Positions 37,813-50,938 of a DNA stretch of 57,112 nucleotides are shown here, piece by piece (position 1 is the first letter of the stretch; each line of letters begins with the position of its first letter). Made by a program: the position numbers and the translations under genes. The notes under the pieces are model-generated. The model was not told the origin of the DNA, did no database searches, and saw only the letters and a program-made list of their open reading frames with translations. This DNA comes from Gekko japonicus (taxonomy: Eukaryota): NCBI RefSeq assembly GCF_001447785.1, contig NW_015169808.1, positions 584,403 to 641,514 of the forward strand. Reading direction: 5' to 3'.

Positions 37813-38509
37813 TGGGCCCTCCATGGCACTGTAGGATTCTGCTGTGCTCTTTCTCTCTCTCACTTTGCCCCACCCAAAAGGAGGTGCCACCAAATGAGCG
37901 TCTTGTTTCTTTCTTTTTTCTGAATTGGAGAACCACATGACCGAGCCCAGGGAAGCAGGATTTTCCACCTTTTATCAGAGCTTCTTTCCTGAAGAACAAA
38001 GTTTGAGTCCAGTGGCACCTTTAAGACCAACAAAGTTTAATTTGGGGTATAAGCTTTTGTGTGCATGCATACTTCTGTATTACCATATTTTCTCAAAAGG
38101 AAGGCAATGTAAGATGACCCCCACTCAAAGTTATACACCTCACCCCCTGAAACATTTTGTACATTGTAAGCAAATGTAAAAATACCCCCTTTTTATGGCA
38201 TATTGGGGGGGGGGACCTAGTCTTCCATTGGAGCAAATACTGTACTAACGATGGCAACACAGAACGATTGTTCCCTACATTCGTTTAAATATTTGACACT
38301 TCGTACTATCCTGATATCTTTGGTAAGGCAAATCTCCCATTAAGGGTTAATGGTTACATGTTTTAATTTTCATCTCCAAGCTAAATTAATGTAAATAATT
38401 TATTTAAATTCACAACTGGTTTGATGTACCACTATCAATCTTTTGAAGTGGATGGTTGGTTGAACTGTAAATAGGTTCAACCGTTGCAGTGTGGCTGCAC
38501 CAGTATTAC

Positions 38510-38800
38510 CCAGTTTGGTGTAGAGGTTAAGACTCTAATCTGGGAGAACCAGGTTTGATTCCCCACTGCAGCTGCTCGTGTGACTTTGGGTCAGTCACAG
38601 TTCTCTTGGAGTTGTTCTCTCAAGGGCAGTTCTTGAAAGAGCTCTCTCAGCCCCACCTACCTCACAGGGTGTCTTTTGTGGGAGGGGAAGGGAAAGGAGA
38701 TTGTAAACCGCTTGTGAGACTCCTTAAAGTAGTGAAGGGCGGACTGTAAATCCAATCTCATCATCATCATCATCATCTTCATTGTCTTCTTCTTCTTCTT
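38510..38800 (+). mobile_element. tRNA-derived SINE (Squam3-like) with (CAT)n/(TTC)n tail
   Basis: ccagtttggtgtagaggttaag head; same body as the other copies. Confidence 0.8.
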
Positions 38801-41800
38801 CCCTTTTATGTTCCTGGCAGAATCTCTGTGCCTTTAACACCTGCCGTACAAGGCAGAAGTGCAACAGGGTTTGGCTGCCAATAAACATTCTTCTCAGACT
38901 AGGGCAGATGATCTGTAATGAGTCATAACAAAACCTTCTGTTGCGGAGAGAAGCAACACAAATTTTTAAAAATACATTTTCTGCCACTTCTGTCATGCGT
39001 ACAAAATGGCAATGATTAGTGGAGATAAGCCATTTCAGTATAATTAACAGCAAACTGTTCAGTGTTATGTATAGCGCCTTAACGATAATGCAGACTCTCG
39101 ATACCATAACAGAGTCCAATCACACAGAACTGATTTATGGAAAACACTTAGAGGCTGTGAACACTTTATTAATGATGGCACTTCTCTGCTTCCATGCGGA
39201 GGCACCAAATGTTTCTTTATTGCCTCAGTACAGTGAAGCATAAATTATTCAGGTTGCCTTTTACAGTGGTGTGGTTTTTTTTGGGGGGGGGTTGATAAAA
39301 GTAATCCCCAAGACTGTGTTTAAAATTCTGTCACAGACCTAGGCACATAAACTATTCATTACACCCATGGAGCATAGATCCACAGTGGGAAGGCAGCTAT
39401 TCAAGAGAACATGAGCCAGAAGACCCGGCATTGGTTTTGTTATGTTTCTTGAAAATAGATTTCCTGATGTAGAGTTTGCTGCTTGCCTGGGTTGAGTAAC
39501 AGCTGTCCTTGGTGAACACTAGAGTGGCAAACAGTAGCTATTGCACACCGTCTGGGCATTCTCTTTCTTTCTGTGGAGACCTGTGCCTGTAGGAGTCACG
39601 GTATTGAGTGAAAATAATAAAGTATTACGTAATTGTAATCTCTTCTAGTCTTGCAGAGTTAGTAGCAGGATGGGTTATGAATATATTTTGAAAATTAGGG
39701 AATGACGGTAATGGATAATCAAGTGCCCCAGCTCTAGAAGCTGTATAGNNNNNNNNNNNNNNNNNNNNNNNNNNNNNNNNNNNNNNNNNNNNNNNNNNNN
39801 NNNNNNNNNNNNNNNNNNNNNNNNNNNNNNNNNNNNNNNNNNNNNNNNNNNNNNNNNNNNNNNNNNNNNNNNNNNNNNNNNNNNNNNNNNNNNNNNNNNN
39901 NNNNNNNNNNNNNNNNNNNNNNNNNNNNNNNNNNNNNNNNNNNNNNNNNNNNNNNNNNNNNNNNNNNNNNNNNNNNNNNNNNNNNNNNNNNNNNNNNNNN
40001 NNNNNNNNNNNNNNNNNNNNNNNNNNNNNNNNNNNNNNNNNNNNNNNNNNNNNNNNNNNNNNNNNNNNNNNNNNNNNNNNNNNNNNNNNNNNNNNNNNNN
40101 NNNNNNNNNNNNNNNNNNNNNNNNNNNNNNNNNNNNNNNNNNNNNNNNNNNNNNNNNNNNNNNNNNNNNNNNNNNNNNNNNNNNNNNNNNNNNNNNNNNN
40201 NNNNNNNNNNNNNNNNNNNNNNNNNNNNNNNNNNNNNNNNNNNNNNNNNNNNNNNNNNNNNNNNNNNNNNNNNNNNNNNNNNNNNNNNNNNNNNNNNTTA
40301 TTATTTATTTGATTTTTATCCCGCCCTCCCAAAGGCTCAGGGCGGTTCACAGGCGGCAAAGCCGGAATATAAAATACAATAAGCAATACAATAAAATACA
40401 CATTTAAAACCACAGCATAGAGGCAGATCTTGTGCACTGAACACCACGTGCACATCAGAACACCTTTTATGTTCTGTACTGCAGATGGGTGCAGTCACTG
40501 CAGTGTCCAGTCGCTGTGTAGTGACACCGGTGATGGCACCAAAAGTGCTTCAGGGTTTTCTGCACGATAGCATTTCTGACTCAAGTGGTACAATCTGTAC
40601 TGTGACCCTTACTATGAGAGAGAAGCATGCGGCAATTAGTTTTTTTAAAGTTTCATGGTTTGAATTGTACTTTTTATCTTTCCAACTTTACAGATGATGG
40701 AAAAAATAGATCTTGGAATGAATTTTTGATGGTTTGTTTCCTTTCTAGCTTTCTGGTGACTTTCCCCAGCAACCAGCAAACTTTAAGAGTGGTTTAGAAT
40801 TCCTCTGGTAGCCTAGAGAGTCTCCTCAGTAACTGGTCTCTGGAGGGGGGGGGGTGAGCCATGGCAAGAACTCATCCTGGCTTAGCACACACGGCAGGAG
40901 AGCAGCCTGGTGCTTAGTTGTCTGTTTTCACGGAAGGGTAGAGCAGGTCATTGCTGTGCTTACTGTGTCTGGCTGAACGTCTGCCAGAATAAATAGCTAC
41001 CAGTTCCAGTGGACTCGTGCCAGGTTTTTCTCCAAGTCTAAGCACTAACAAGCATATTTCATGTCCTCAGAGTAAACAGTCTGCCACATTAATACAGTTG
41101 ACTTGATTTAGAAACTTCGAATATTATGTCAGTCACTGGCGTTACTTTTTCTCCTGTGCATGTTCTAAATATGAATATTGTTTTCCATTGTGGATATGTA
41201 AACAAAATAATTGTCTTTTCAGAACTTTAATCATTAAAATACTACATACTTAAGAAGTTTATACGCAGTAGCCTTGTCTTTTTGCATCAAAGCATATAGG
41301 CAGAAAATGGGTGCAGGCAGACTCGCCTGTTTAGTTCCAGTAACTGATCAGAACTGACTAGGGTGGCCTGGCATTTTTAAAGCCCATCCTTATTCCTCAT
41401 GTGCTAGCTTAGGATATAGGCAAGGGGAGCTTCTATGCCACCTCCCCGCCCTGATCTTGGGTGGGGCACTCCCTTGCATGGGTGTTTGAATTGTTCCTGA
41501 GACAGTCTATTAGCCAATGTGGAGGTTCAATGCAAGTCAGCAGACTTATGGCCAAACACTTGTTCCATCAGTTATAAGTGTTGCCTTGTCACTCATTAAT
41601 TTTGCTGTCCAAAATTCTAAACTGCATTTTTTAAACACAACCATTTTAAAATAATTTTATAGAAGACTGTGACAAGTTTTAACACCTTTGGCAGAAGCAA
41701 CAGAGAGGGATGTACAAGAAAGCCTGTCCGCAGGGAGGGCAGGGTATAAATACAAATAATAAATAAATATAAATAAGAGAGGCTTTGCCTGAAGATGAAA

Positions 41801-42181
41801 GAAGCATGTAAGCTTTAAGAGCTTTGTGCAGGTTTCTAGGTCTTCTGAACTGTCAAGATCTCACCACAGAATATGGTTTATAGTATCTGCTGATGAAGAA
41901 CTTTGCACTCTAATTATATAGTGCTGAGATTTTCAGCTTTGAGGTTTCTGTCATGACTGCAAACAACCCCATGAAATTTTTTTTAGAAAGGTTGATTGAA
42001 CTTTTGGGGCATAAGAAACTGGACGTTTCTACTCTGTATATTTCTCTGTACCCATGGATGATATGTATGCATTTTTTGCATCATAATATTCCTTCCTATC
42101 TCCTCCCTACTGCTGTTTAATAAACAGTGATTACAAAAATGGTGGTAGAAAAATAAGTATCAAGCTTAGGCTATACTAATT

Positions 42182-42528
42182 GGTAAAGGTTCCCTTGCTC
42201 GAAAGCCAGTCGAATCCGACTCTAGGGTTGCGGTGCTCATCTCCGTTTCCAAGCCGAAGAGCCAGCGCTGTCTGAAGACATTTCCGTGGTCATGTGGCCG
42301 GCATGACTAAACACCAAGGCGCACGGAACACTGTTACCTTCCCACCAAAGTGGTACCTATTTATCTACTTGCAATTTCTTGCTTTTGAACTGCTAGGTTG
42401 GCAGGAGCTGGAACTAGAGACGGGAGCTCACTCTGTCATGCGGCACACTCGGGTCTTGAACTGCTGAACTACCAACCTTCCACAGCCTGCAGTTCAACGT
42501 CTTAACCACTTGAGCCACCGCAGCTCCT
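42182..42528 (-). mobile_element. Sauria SINE (inverted relative to 34881-35216)
   Basis: Reverse complement of the 34881 copy; TSD tactaattg at ~42174-42182 / 42529-42537. Confidence 0.9.
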
Positions 42529-43436
42529 TACTAATTGACCTGAACACAATTCAGCAAAGGTGCTCTACGCATGGAAGCCAAGTGTGTGCAGAGTATAAAT
42601 GTCCCAGTCAAACATGGGTTTTGGAGGTATATCTTTTATGCATTGGATATAGTGTTGCTCCACTGTGTCACCCATGATCTACAGCCCCATTCTGGACAAA
42701 TACCTCGTCTAAACTAAAATTCACTAGCATCAATAGACTGGGCCTTTCTTCACTACTTTAAAAAGTTACTATTTTAAGAATTGTCATCTCTTTGTGGCAG
42801 TCTCCACCTCCCACAGCAACCATTTTGTGGCTGTGCCCACAGGCTCAAAAAGATTGGGGACACCGTTCTAACACAAGGAGTGTTCTGCCAATTCAAGAGC
42901 TTGTCCTGCTGGCAGAAAAACCTCTTGCATCTGCAGAAGTCTTGCACCAGATAAATATGGCCATGCCAGAGAAACAGCTTGATAGGCTCTGATGTCTGGT
43001 ATTATCACTAGTGACTACAGTTGTGTACAAGATAATAACAGAATTACACATTCCTGTTTGGACTGTATATCAAAATGTTACAGACTTTCTGCTGCCCCGT
43101 GTGTTGAATGGCCTTCTGACTGTGTGTGAGAGAGAGAGAAGGAGGGAGATCTTTCCTGTCTGCCAACTAACAGTTCATATAGTTTATGAAGTGGGTTATA
43201 GTTCATAAAAGCTTACTCTGTTAGTTTTTAAGATGTCACAAAACTCTTTCTTTGGGTATAACAGAGTAATATGATACCTCTGAGGGAGTCTTTAGAATAA
43301 TGAACTGACCATATCATTGGTGGTTATTGCCAGGGTGTACTTCAGGATCATTTTTGTGTTTAAGAACATGCAAAGGTTTCCCTCCCAAGTAGATTGTTTC
43401 AAAATCCCTCTTGAAGTTTTTCCTGATCTGTTTCAG

Positions 43437-43543
43437 ACAACAGTCATTGACTACGTAAAGCCATCGGACCTTAAGAAGGATATGAACGAAACCTTCAAGG
43501 AAAAGTTCCCTCATATCAAATTGACTCTCAGTAAAATAAGAAG
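43437..43543 (+). CDS. CABLES1: CABLES1 coding exon (probably exon 8), 107 nt, [35 protein letters not shown]
   Basis: tttcag acceptor, GTAATA donor at 43544; within ORF 43317..43547; phase 0-2. Confidence 0.96.
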
Positions 43544-44747
43544 GTAATAATACCATACAAAACAGTCCTTTAGTAAATGTGGTACATGGACATAAAATAT
43601 TGACAATAGACTTTCTGAAACGGTGACCTTCAAAGGCATAGAACAAACCAGCTGCTTGCTTTGACTAGGAAGCTGAATAAATAAGATAGGAGGTGTGTGA
43701 GCCACAGATGTACTCTTGGTTCTGCAGTGTTTTGAAACCATTATCTGAAAGCATTGAAAGGTAAAGATAGATGGATGGAATTACTTTAATAGGTGTAAAG
43801 TTGTGATGAAGAATAATTACAAAGTTCTTTGGCTGACTCATTTTGTGCTGTATATCTTTCATTTCACAAGTCATATCAGATGTGCAACTTGTAACAGGTA
43901 GTTGTGGTAGCACAAATTATTTTTATGATGTACTGGATATATGGTTGCTTCTCAGTGCACACACTTGGGAAGAAAACGTTCTTTCTGTCCTTCATACATT
44001 TCGGTACATGTATTTTTCTGGCGGGAGGCTTAATCTGTCTTGGGGGGGGGGATCCAGGGCTTTCTACTGTTATCAGTCCTTTGATTATAGTTCCAAAGCA
44101 CACTAACCTGCAAGATCCAGATGAAATAGCAGCTGAATTGAAAAACTAAATCACATCTCCAGCTCCCTGGTTACTGTTTGCCAGTATGCAGAAGTTCAGA
44201 AGATACCCAAAGTTTAACAGGATGCAAGTATCCTTCAGAGAGGGACAGAAGCTTTGTCACAGCTTCTGTCCTAGGAAGCCCAAGCCATCCTGGGCTGTCC
44301 CTCACACTAGCACAAATTGGAAAGCCAGCTGTAATGGATAGGGTGGGGAGCACAAAAAGTAGAGCAAGAGCTGTTATTCACCAGAGCCTTTGCTTGCTCT
44401 TTGGAGAGCCCAAAAGGCCCTACTTCTGTCTCCTTCACTGTAAAATGTTTTGGATATTAGGTCCTGTACAGTTCCCATCCATCATGATGGTAAGTGGAGT
44501 TCTGAGGTGCAAGTAATGTTTGTGCACAAAGCCGTACTTAAACAGAAATTATTTTAAATGTCCAGCAATTCATCACTCTCTTAACAGTTGCATTCATTGA
44601 GAGCACCAGCATAATAGATCAGAGATGAATGAGTCAGTGAATTAACTGGTGAACATCTCATGTGCTCTTTTCAGTCCTCTCAATTAGTCATTGCTGTTAC
44701 AATCTTTGAATTTCTTTGACAATTTACGGTTTCCCTCCCCTTTTCAG

Positions 44748-44955
44748 CCTGAAGCGGGAGATGCGCAAACTAGCCCAAGAAGAGTGTGGTTTTGAGGAAC
44801 CCACAGTGGCCATGGCCTTTGTGTATTTTGAGAAGCTGGCTCTCAAGGGGAAGCTCAACAAGCAGAACAGGAAGCTCTGTGCCGGTGCCTGTGTCCTGCT
44901 GGCTGCCAAGATTGGCAGCGACCTCAAGAAGCACGAGGTCAAACATTTAATAGAT
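44748..44955 (+). CDS. CABLES1: CABLES1 coding exon (probably exon 9), 208 nt, cyclin-box-like domain LKREMRKLAQEECGFEEPTVAMAFVYFEKLALKGKLNKQNRKLCAGACVLLAAKIGSDLKKHEVKHLID
   Basis: ttttcag acceptor, GTAAGT donor at 44956; within ORF 44716..45018; phase 2-0. Confidence 0.97.
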
Positions 44956-44964
44956 GTAAGTATA

Positions 44965-45224
44965 TCTCAGCCACCGAACTTTGCCACAGAAATGAAAAGG
45001 GTTCTCAGGGAAAGCTGAAAGAGGGTGGGAGGGGCATATTTGCTGCCATATTTGCAGCAGAACCATGTGTTGGCTTTTTGCTTGAAAAGCAATGTCTCAG
45101 CCACCGAGCTTTGCCACAGAAATGAAAAGGGTTCTCCGGGAAAGCTGAAAGGGGCAACATTTGAGGTGTTAACTTGCCATATTTGCAGCAGAAACATGTG
45201 TTGGCTTTTTGCTTGAAAAGCAAT
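44965..45224 (+). repeat. Tandem duplication, two ~130-bp units, filling most of the last CABLES1 intron
   Basis: tctcagccaccga...gcttgaaaagcaat at 44965 and 45095; the central ~20 bp differ. Confidence 0.9.
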
Positions 45225-45347
45225 TAAGAGGACTAAAAAAGCCTTGTTTTAACATGCAGTTAATTCTTGGGGGTAATATTTTCAAGTACTGGCATATAAG
45301 ACTGGTAACCTAATACACTGAGACATTTCTGTCTGGCTCTGTTTCAG

Positions 45348-45488
45348 AAGCTGGAAGAGAAGTTCCGGTTGAACAGGCGAGAACTGATTGCCTTTGAATT
45401 CCCTGTGTTGGTGGCCTTGGAATTTGCTCTCCATCTGCCTGAACAGGAAGTGATGCCACATTATAGACGCTTGATCCAGAATTCCTAG
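45348..45488 (+). CDS. CABLES1: CABLES1 last coding exon, [46 protein letters not shown]
   Basis: gtttcag acceptor; TAG stop at 45486-45488; matches the recalled CABLES1 C-terminus. Confidence 0.96.
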   Translation, partial: KLEEKFRLNRRELIAFEFPVLVALEFALHLPEQEVMPHYRRLIQNS

Positions 45489-46960
45489 CATAGGCCACCC
45501 TTTTGGGTGAGGGGTTTAAAAATGTTCTCTGAGTGCAAAAGAGCAGCAGTTACTACTGGAAGTGCAAAAATGGGACAAAGCTGCCCCAGCACCCTTTTTT
45601 CTCTTGTTTTCAGGGCAGCAACCAGATAGTCAGAAACAAGCACTGAATTCCTTAAAACTCTCAGGCGAAATGAGCTGTTAACTATTCAGAGCAAGTGATG
45701 AATGAGTTGCATGTGAGTGGAGAGCGGATGGAAGCGATTCACACCACGTGGACCAGAAGAGAACTTTCTTGAGTTGCCCATATCATTCCGGTGAGAATTA
45801 ACAGCAGCCTTCGCATCTTATTTTCTCCCATCTTCTCTCCGTGAACCTCACCAGGGTTTTCTGGCTTACCGAAAGAGATTCCCGATGCAATGACAGGTTG
45901 TAATGAATATCATCACTGTGTCAGCAGCGTGCCAATCTATTTTTATATTTTCTATTGAAAGTGCACTTTTTCCTTGTTGGGTAGCTGGATTGTTTGGTGG
46001 CAGGTGAGATGATGAACCCGCCTGGAACAAGGTGGCTGTTTTGGATCATTGATTTAATAAAGATCAGACAACAACTTAACTCTGCTAAAACATAACTAAT
46101 GAAAACAGGTTCATTTGAATAACATGAGATAGGATTTTGTAATCCCGAATGGTGGCTGTTTGTTTCTTCTCCAGCTGCTTTTATTTTGCTATTGATCACA
46201 CTGCAGGTATTATTACACCTACCAATGAGGAACCGACACCCACCCTTAGGTCTTCACTCGTGTGTGTGGTCCCATTCAAGTGTTCACAATGGAAGAGAGA
46301 CGTTGTTTTGTAAGTGTCTTGTTCTTAAGCCACAAGCGTATTTCTAACCTCGGTAGAGATGGGTTAGACTTGCACTCTGTAGTGTTTGTATTCTGTGCTC
46401 TATGTTAGAGTGCATTTTGAGCACATTGACTGTGCTGCACGTTAAACAGTGTTTTATAAAACCCGACTTACTCGTACAGCCGAGCAGGAGAATCGGCAGC
46501 TGAGGGCCTTGATAGCAAACACACACCCTCAGTGCGGACAATTCTTTGTTGTTGTGTTGTTTTTTTAAAATAGAGTTGACAGTATAAAATCAAATGGGAG
46601 GAGGGCACTGAAATTGCTATGTTTTTATACTTCTCAGATATTTCACTGCTCTGGAGTCTTATAGTACCTTTAACTATGTTAGTAAATCAGAGTGAACTGG
46701 GAAGGTTCAAATCCAAACAGAATCCTCTGGGTATCCTATTTTGAAAATACTGTGTATATATAAATATATATAAGACTATGAGAAGATAATGACCGCTGGA
46801 TGTGCTTGCTGATATGCTAGAGGACATGCATCAAAGAATTAAAGTACTATTTTTATATATCACTAATGTACACATCCCAGTTTTTCCAGTGCTGACTCAT
46901 TTGACACGGTCTGTGCCTGGAACAATGATTTCAATAAAGTCATGTACTTTCCTGTTACAG
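45489..46960 (+). promoter_or_regulatory. CABLES1: CABLES1 3' UTR (end uncertain); candidate polyA signals AATAAA at 46056, 46933 and 47449
   Basis: Follows the stop codon; no repeat recognised, AU-rich; AATAAA hexamers seen directly. Confidence 0.6.
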
Positions 46961-49900
46961 TGTAATATAAACTGATTGAACAAAGTGTCTGCCAAGAAAC
47001 TTCACAGCTCTTTTTCTTCTTTCCTGTACCAGTGAAATGATCACTGGTTATCACCTGGCACTAACGCAATACTACTGAAACAAAATACAAAGGCAAAATC
47101 TGTCCTTGGATACCTATGGAATTTGGGATGAGTAGCCTCATTATTGCTGTAGCTATGTTGCCTCTTTTCCAGGTCCTCCTGACACTAATTTTTCCAGTAT
47201 CAGACCTTTGCTGTTCAAAAGAACCACCAGTTAGTTATTTGTGTTCATCTTCCAATCTGACTCTGTGAACTGCTTTATGCCATGTGCCAGTCAGGAGTCC
47301 TTCATAGAGAGGAGAACCACAGTCAAATGGGTGCAGGTACCTGCCCATGCAGCAGGTACCTATATCGATTACACACTCTAAAAAGGCACATTGTTACATT
47401 TTAGCTCACACAAAATACAGCAAAAAAGTAGCCCTTGGAATAAACAAGAATAAAATAATTATTTCTTACAGTATACACTTATTAGTTCCAGCACTCTTTA
47501 TTTGTATTCCTTTGATGCATTCCTGTAGACTGTGCTTTGTAGTTTTCTATAGTCTGAAAGCCAGTCTGAATTGGCATTATAGATTCTATTTTATGATGGT
47601 TTTGTCTTAGACTGGAATTCTGTTCATTTATAATGGATAGTCAAGATCCATCCTTTCCACAAAGTAAATACGCATAGGATCAGGCTGCACATTACTTTTA
47701 TGGTTCAGGGAAAGATTTTTTTTAATTGCAAAACTCAGAGCAAAGAATAACAGCAGCTTTTGTACCAAAAGGTTCTGTTTTTCTTTCCTTCCCAGAAATA
47801 GCATCTGTTGCTTTAACAATGGGGTGGGGTGGGGGAAGGCCTCTTCAGTACCCCTTTAGTCCAGCAGACGGCCTTTCACTCATTTCTCTCTCCTATAAAG
47901 TACTATTGCGGCTATTAAAGCATGCTGAGGAGGATGTTGTCTTAAAGTAGCCAATGTAGCACTGGGGCAGGAAAAAACACCACCGAGCATTTTCCCATCT
48001 TGGGATTTGTTGAAGGACAAAGTCAAGGTCTCTTAGTCATATCTGCTTCCCGGCTTGGATCTGGAGGCACAAGGAATTTCCATCCATGGAGCATAATGTT
48101 CCTATCTCACTCCTCCTGCAACAGCTTCACATGCTCCCTGACACCCTGTTCCAGGGGGATCCCCTGTCCCTCAGAAACAGGGTTGGGAATGGGATGTTTT
48201 GATCCTTAGTGAGTGGGGGTAGCAAGAAAGTTGTGCTCTGTGGGTGCAAAATTGTTGCAGCTGCAGAAACCCTAGTTTGGATCCAATTTCTGTTTCCCAA
48301 CCATCTCTCACATTGCACCAACATGAGAAGAGTCCCTTTGCTTTATGAGCCACACTGATTTATCTGAGTCACAGCACAAAACCTAGAATGCTGATGAGTC
48401 TAGGCTACCCCCTTTCTTCTTCCACCACTACATTAAAGCAGTAGCAACTAAGTGGCAAACAATATTTTAAAAATATATACCTTTGGCCTATACTGGCCAA
48501 GACAGTTGAGATTTAAATTGTCCAATTTTTAAGAAACAGGTTTGGATAAAGGTGATTCCAGGGTCTTTCGAGATGATAGATGTATCTGTACTGTTCAGAT
48601 TATTACTTGAAAAGATGTTCTCCCCACACACAACCCCCTGTCCAAGTAAAACGGTTCAAATGCTCTGATTGCAGTGTTTGTATACTTTTATTTGTGTATG
48701 TGAGGGGTGGTGGTGGTGGTGGTCTTGTCAAAGATTTTCCTTACTGCTTGGTAAGAAGAATACACAGCCAAGTTACTTGAATGTGAGAGAGATCATGCTG
48801 AGCTATGAGCTTTTCATCATGCTGATACTGCTGTGAGGGCCACCTCACCCCACTTTTGAATTACAGTAAAACTCTATCTGGTGCATGTTCCATAGTCTTG
48901 AATCTTCAGAGGTCTCTCTTTTTTATCACTCCTTCTTAAAACAGCTGCAAAACTGAAAAGCGGCTGTACCACGACATTTGTTCAACAGCTAAAAATATTA
49001 CTAAGGGCTAAATTTAAGCAGTGCTTTTATAGCTAATCCATTGCAGGCACTGCTACAAAATGTAAAAAAAAAACCCAATTATTCAAGTATACAGAGGCTC
49101 CTGTATAAACTAATCTAGAAGTGATAGTCCCAGAAAAATAGAAAAGGTTTTTTTACAAAATATGGAGAAAAATAACCTGAGCAAACATTGAAGAGAAATG
49201 TTTATTTTTAAAAAATCTTGTGAACTTTCTGTGTAAACAACTCATTTCTAAAACAGTAGTTATGAATTGGTATCTAAATAACAAAGTCTGTCTTATTTAA
49301 CTTATATATCAGGTAACCTTCTACATTTGAGGGTTTTCAAAAGTAAGCAGAGATACTGAAGAGTGCTGGAGAATATGAAACATGAGGTTTGAGGCATGGT
49401 ACTGTGAACTATAAAGTGGCTACAGAATGTTACATCCACTTGCTTCATGGCATTTCATCAGAAGCAGAAGTCAGAGAATCACAACTTTAGAAAGCTCGCT
49501 CACATTTTTGGAAAAGACGATCTGTTTTGCGAACTCTAAGGAGTCTGATGCTGACATACAGCTTTCATAGTCAGCTAAGGCAGCTCTTGTGCATCCCATG
49601 TCTACCAATTAGTGGCAATAAGCTGAAAAACCAAGCCAGAGCTATTCTAGCATAAACCTCCATGAACTACACAGTNNNNNNNNNNNNNNNNNNNNNNNNN
49701 NNNNNNNNNNNNNNNNNNNNNNNNNNNNNNNNNNNNNNNNNNNNNNNNNNNNNNNNNNNNNNNNNNNNNNNNNNNNNNNNNNNNNNNNNNNNNNNNNNNN
49801 NNNNNNNNNNNNNNNNNNNNNNNNNNNNNNNNNNNNNNNNNNNNNNNNNNNNNNNNNNNNNNNNNNNNNNNNNNNNNNNNNNNNNNNNNNNNNNNNNNNN

Positions 49901-50063
49901 NNNNNNNNNNNNNNNNNNNNNNNNNNNNNNNNNNNNNNNNNNNNNNNNNNNNNNNNNNNNNNNNNNNNNNNNNNNNNNNNNNNNNNNNNNNNNNNNNNNN
50001 NNNNNNNNNNNNNNNNNNNNNNNNNNNNNNNNNNNNNNNNNNNNNNNNNNNNNNNNNNNNNNN

Positions 50064-50342
50064 AAGTTCCCACAGGATGCGCACAGACGATCATGCACAT
50101 GCGCAAACTTCGGTGAGACAAACAAAAAATCCCGTTTGCCACAGAAGCGGCGCAGCGCGGTTGCCGGTGTGAACGCGCCGTCCTGCTTCTTTGCCGCGCT
50201 GCAGACTAGCCATCTGATCAACACCTAACGCCTAACCACGGGACCGCGACAGGATGTCTGATCGGGCTACCACGCGTTACTTTGTTCCAGGGCAAACAGC
50301 CAAGCTTCCCCCCGCATTTTCCGGCCCGTGTGACCGGGGCCT
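50064..50342. mobile_element. CpG-rich repeat end next to a gap, possibly a PIF/Harbinger-type MITE
   Basis: Locally high CpG; terminus reads ggccccggtcacacgggccggaaaatgc on the minus strand; the other end is in the gap. Confidence 0.4.
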
Positions 50343-50789
50343 CTGGCTAACAATATAATCTCTTTTTTTAAAGTGCATTGAGCACCATCTTTTTAACAGG
50401 TGATTTTAACACATGTGGACACTAGATTGCATCTAGATGGTGGTACATTTCCAGTACCAATAGCCCTGTTTTCAAATAACACAGCAAGTGCCGCGTGACA
50501 TGCAATTAAAGTCTTGAATTATTTAAAAATTATTTTAAACACTTGCATCCCACCAGCTCTCAGCCAAAATCACAAGAGTTGTGAAGAATGGACCCCCCCA
50601 AAATGCTGAGTCAACCGTTGTTTGTTACAAGATGTCCTTTCCTAGTGTAACCCTGATTATTACTCTCTTTTTGTTACAGGTATGTATGGTTGCCATACAC
50701 TATAGAAGAAAATAAGTACTGCCCATATATGGCCATAGCTATTATTAACAGTAAATGGGACTAATAGATATATTTTTGGCTTGGCTTGA

Positions 50790-50938
50790 TCGGATTTTGC
50801 CCTGATCTGGATAGCCCAATCTTGTCAAATCTCAGAAACTAAGTAAGGTCGGCCCTGGATAGTATTTGAATGGGAGACCTTCAAGGAATACCAGGGTCAT
50901 GACACGGAGGCAGGCAATGGCAAACCACCTCTGAATGT
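50790..50938 (+). mobile_element. 5S-derived SINE (5S-Sauria-like)
   Basis: 5S-like head followed by gaggcaggcaatggcaaaccacctctg. Confidence 0.7.

Larger units (their letters stand above)
157..50063. other. Assembly gaps at 157-344, 6238-6663, 22160-22827, 39749-40297 and 49676-50063
   Basis: Runs of N. Confidence 1.

Noticed and set aside
40485-40697. Alternative CABLES1 exon (acceptor-like gcag before ATG, phase-0 ORF)
   Set aside because: No convincing donor, no recognisable peptide and a weaker pyrimidine tract than the 35368 candidate
7291-45488. Assignment as CABLES2
   Set aside because: Peptides ([39 protein letters not shown]) and the TMEM241 neighbour fit CABLES1 as recalled
6140-50228. 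Long ORFs in the track (6140..6982, 39625..40455, 49642..50228 and most of 22108..23220)
   Set aside because: Their length comes from translating N gaps; only 22828-23220 has real coding signal
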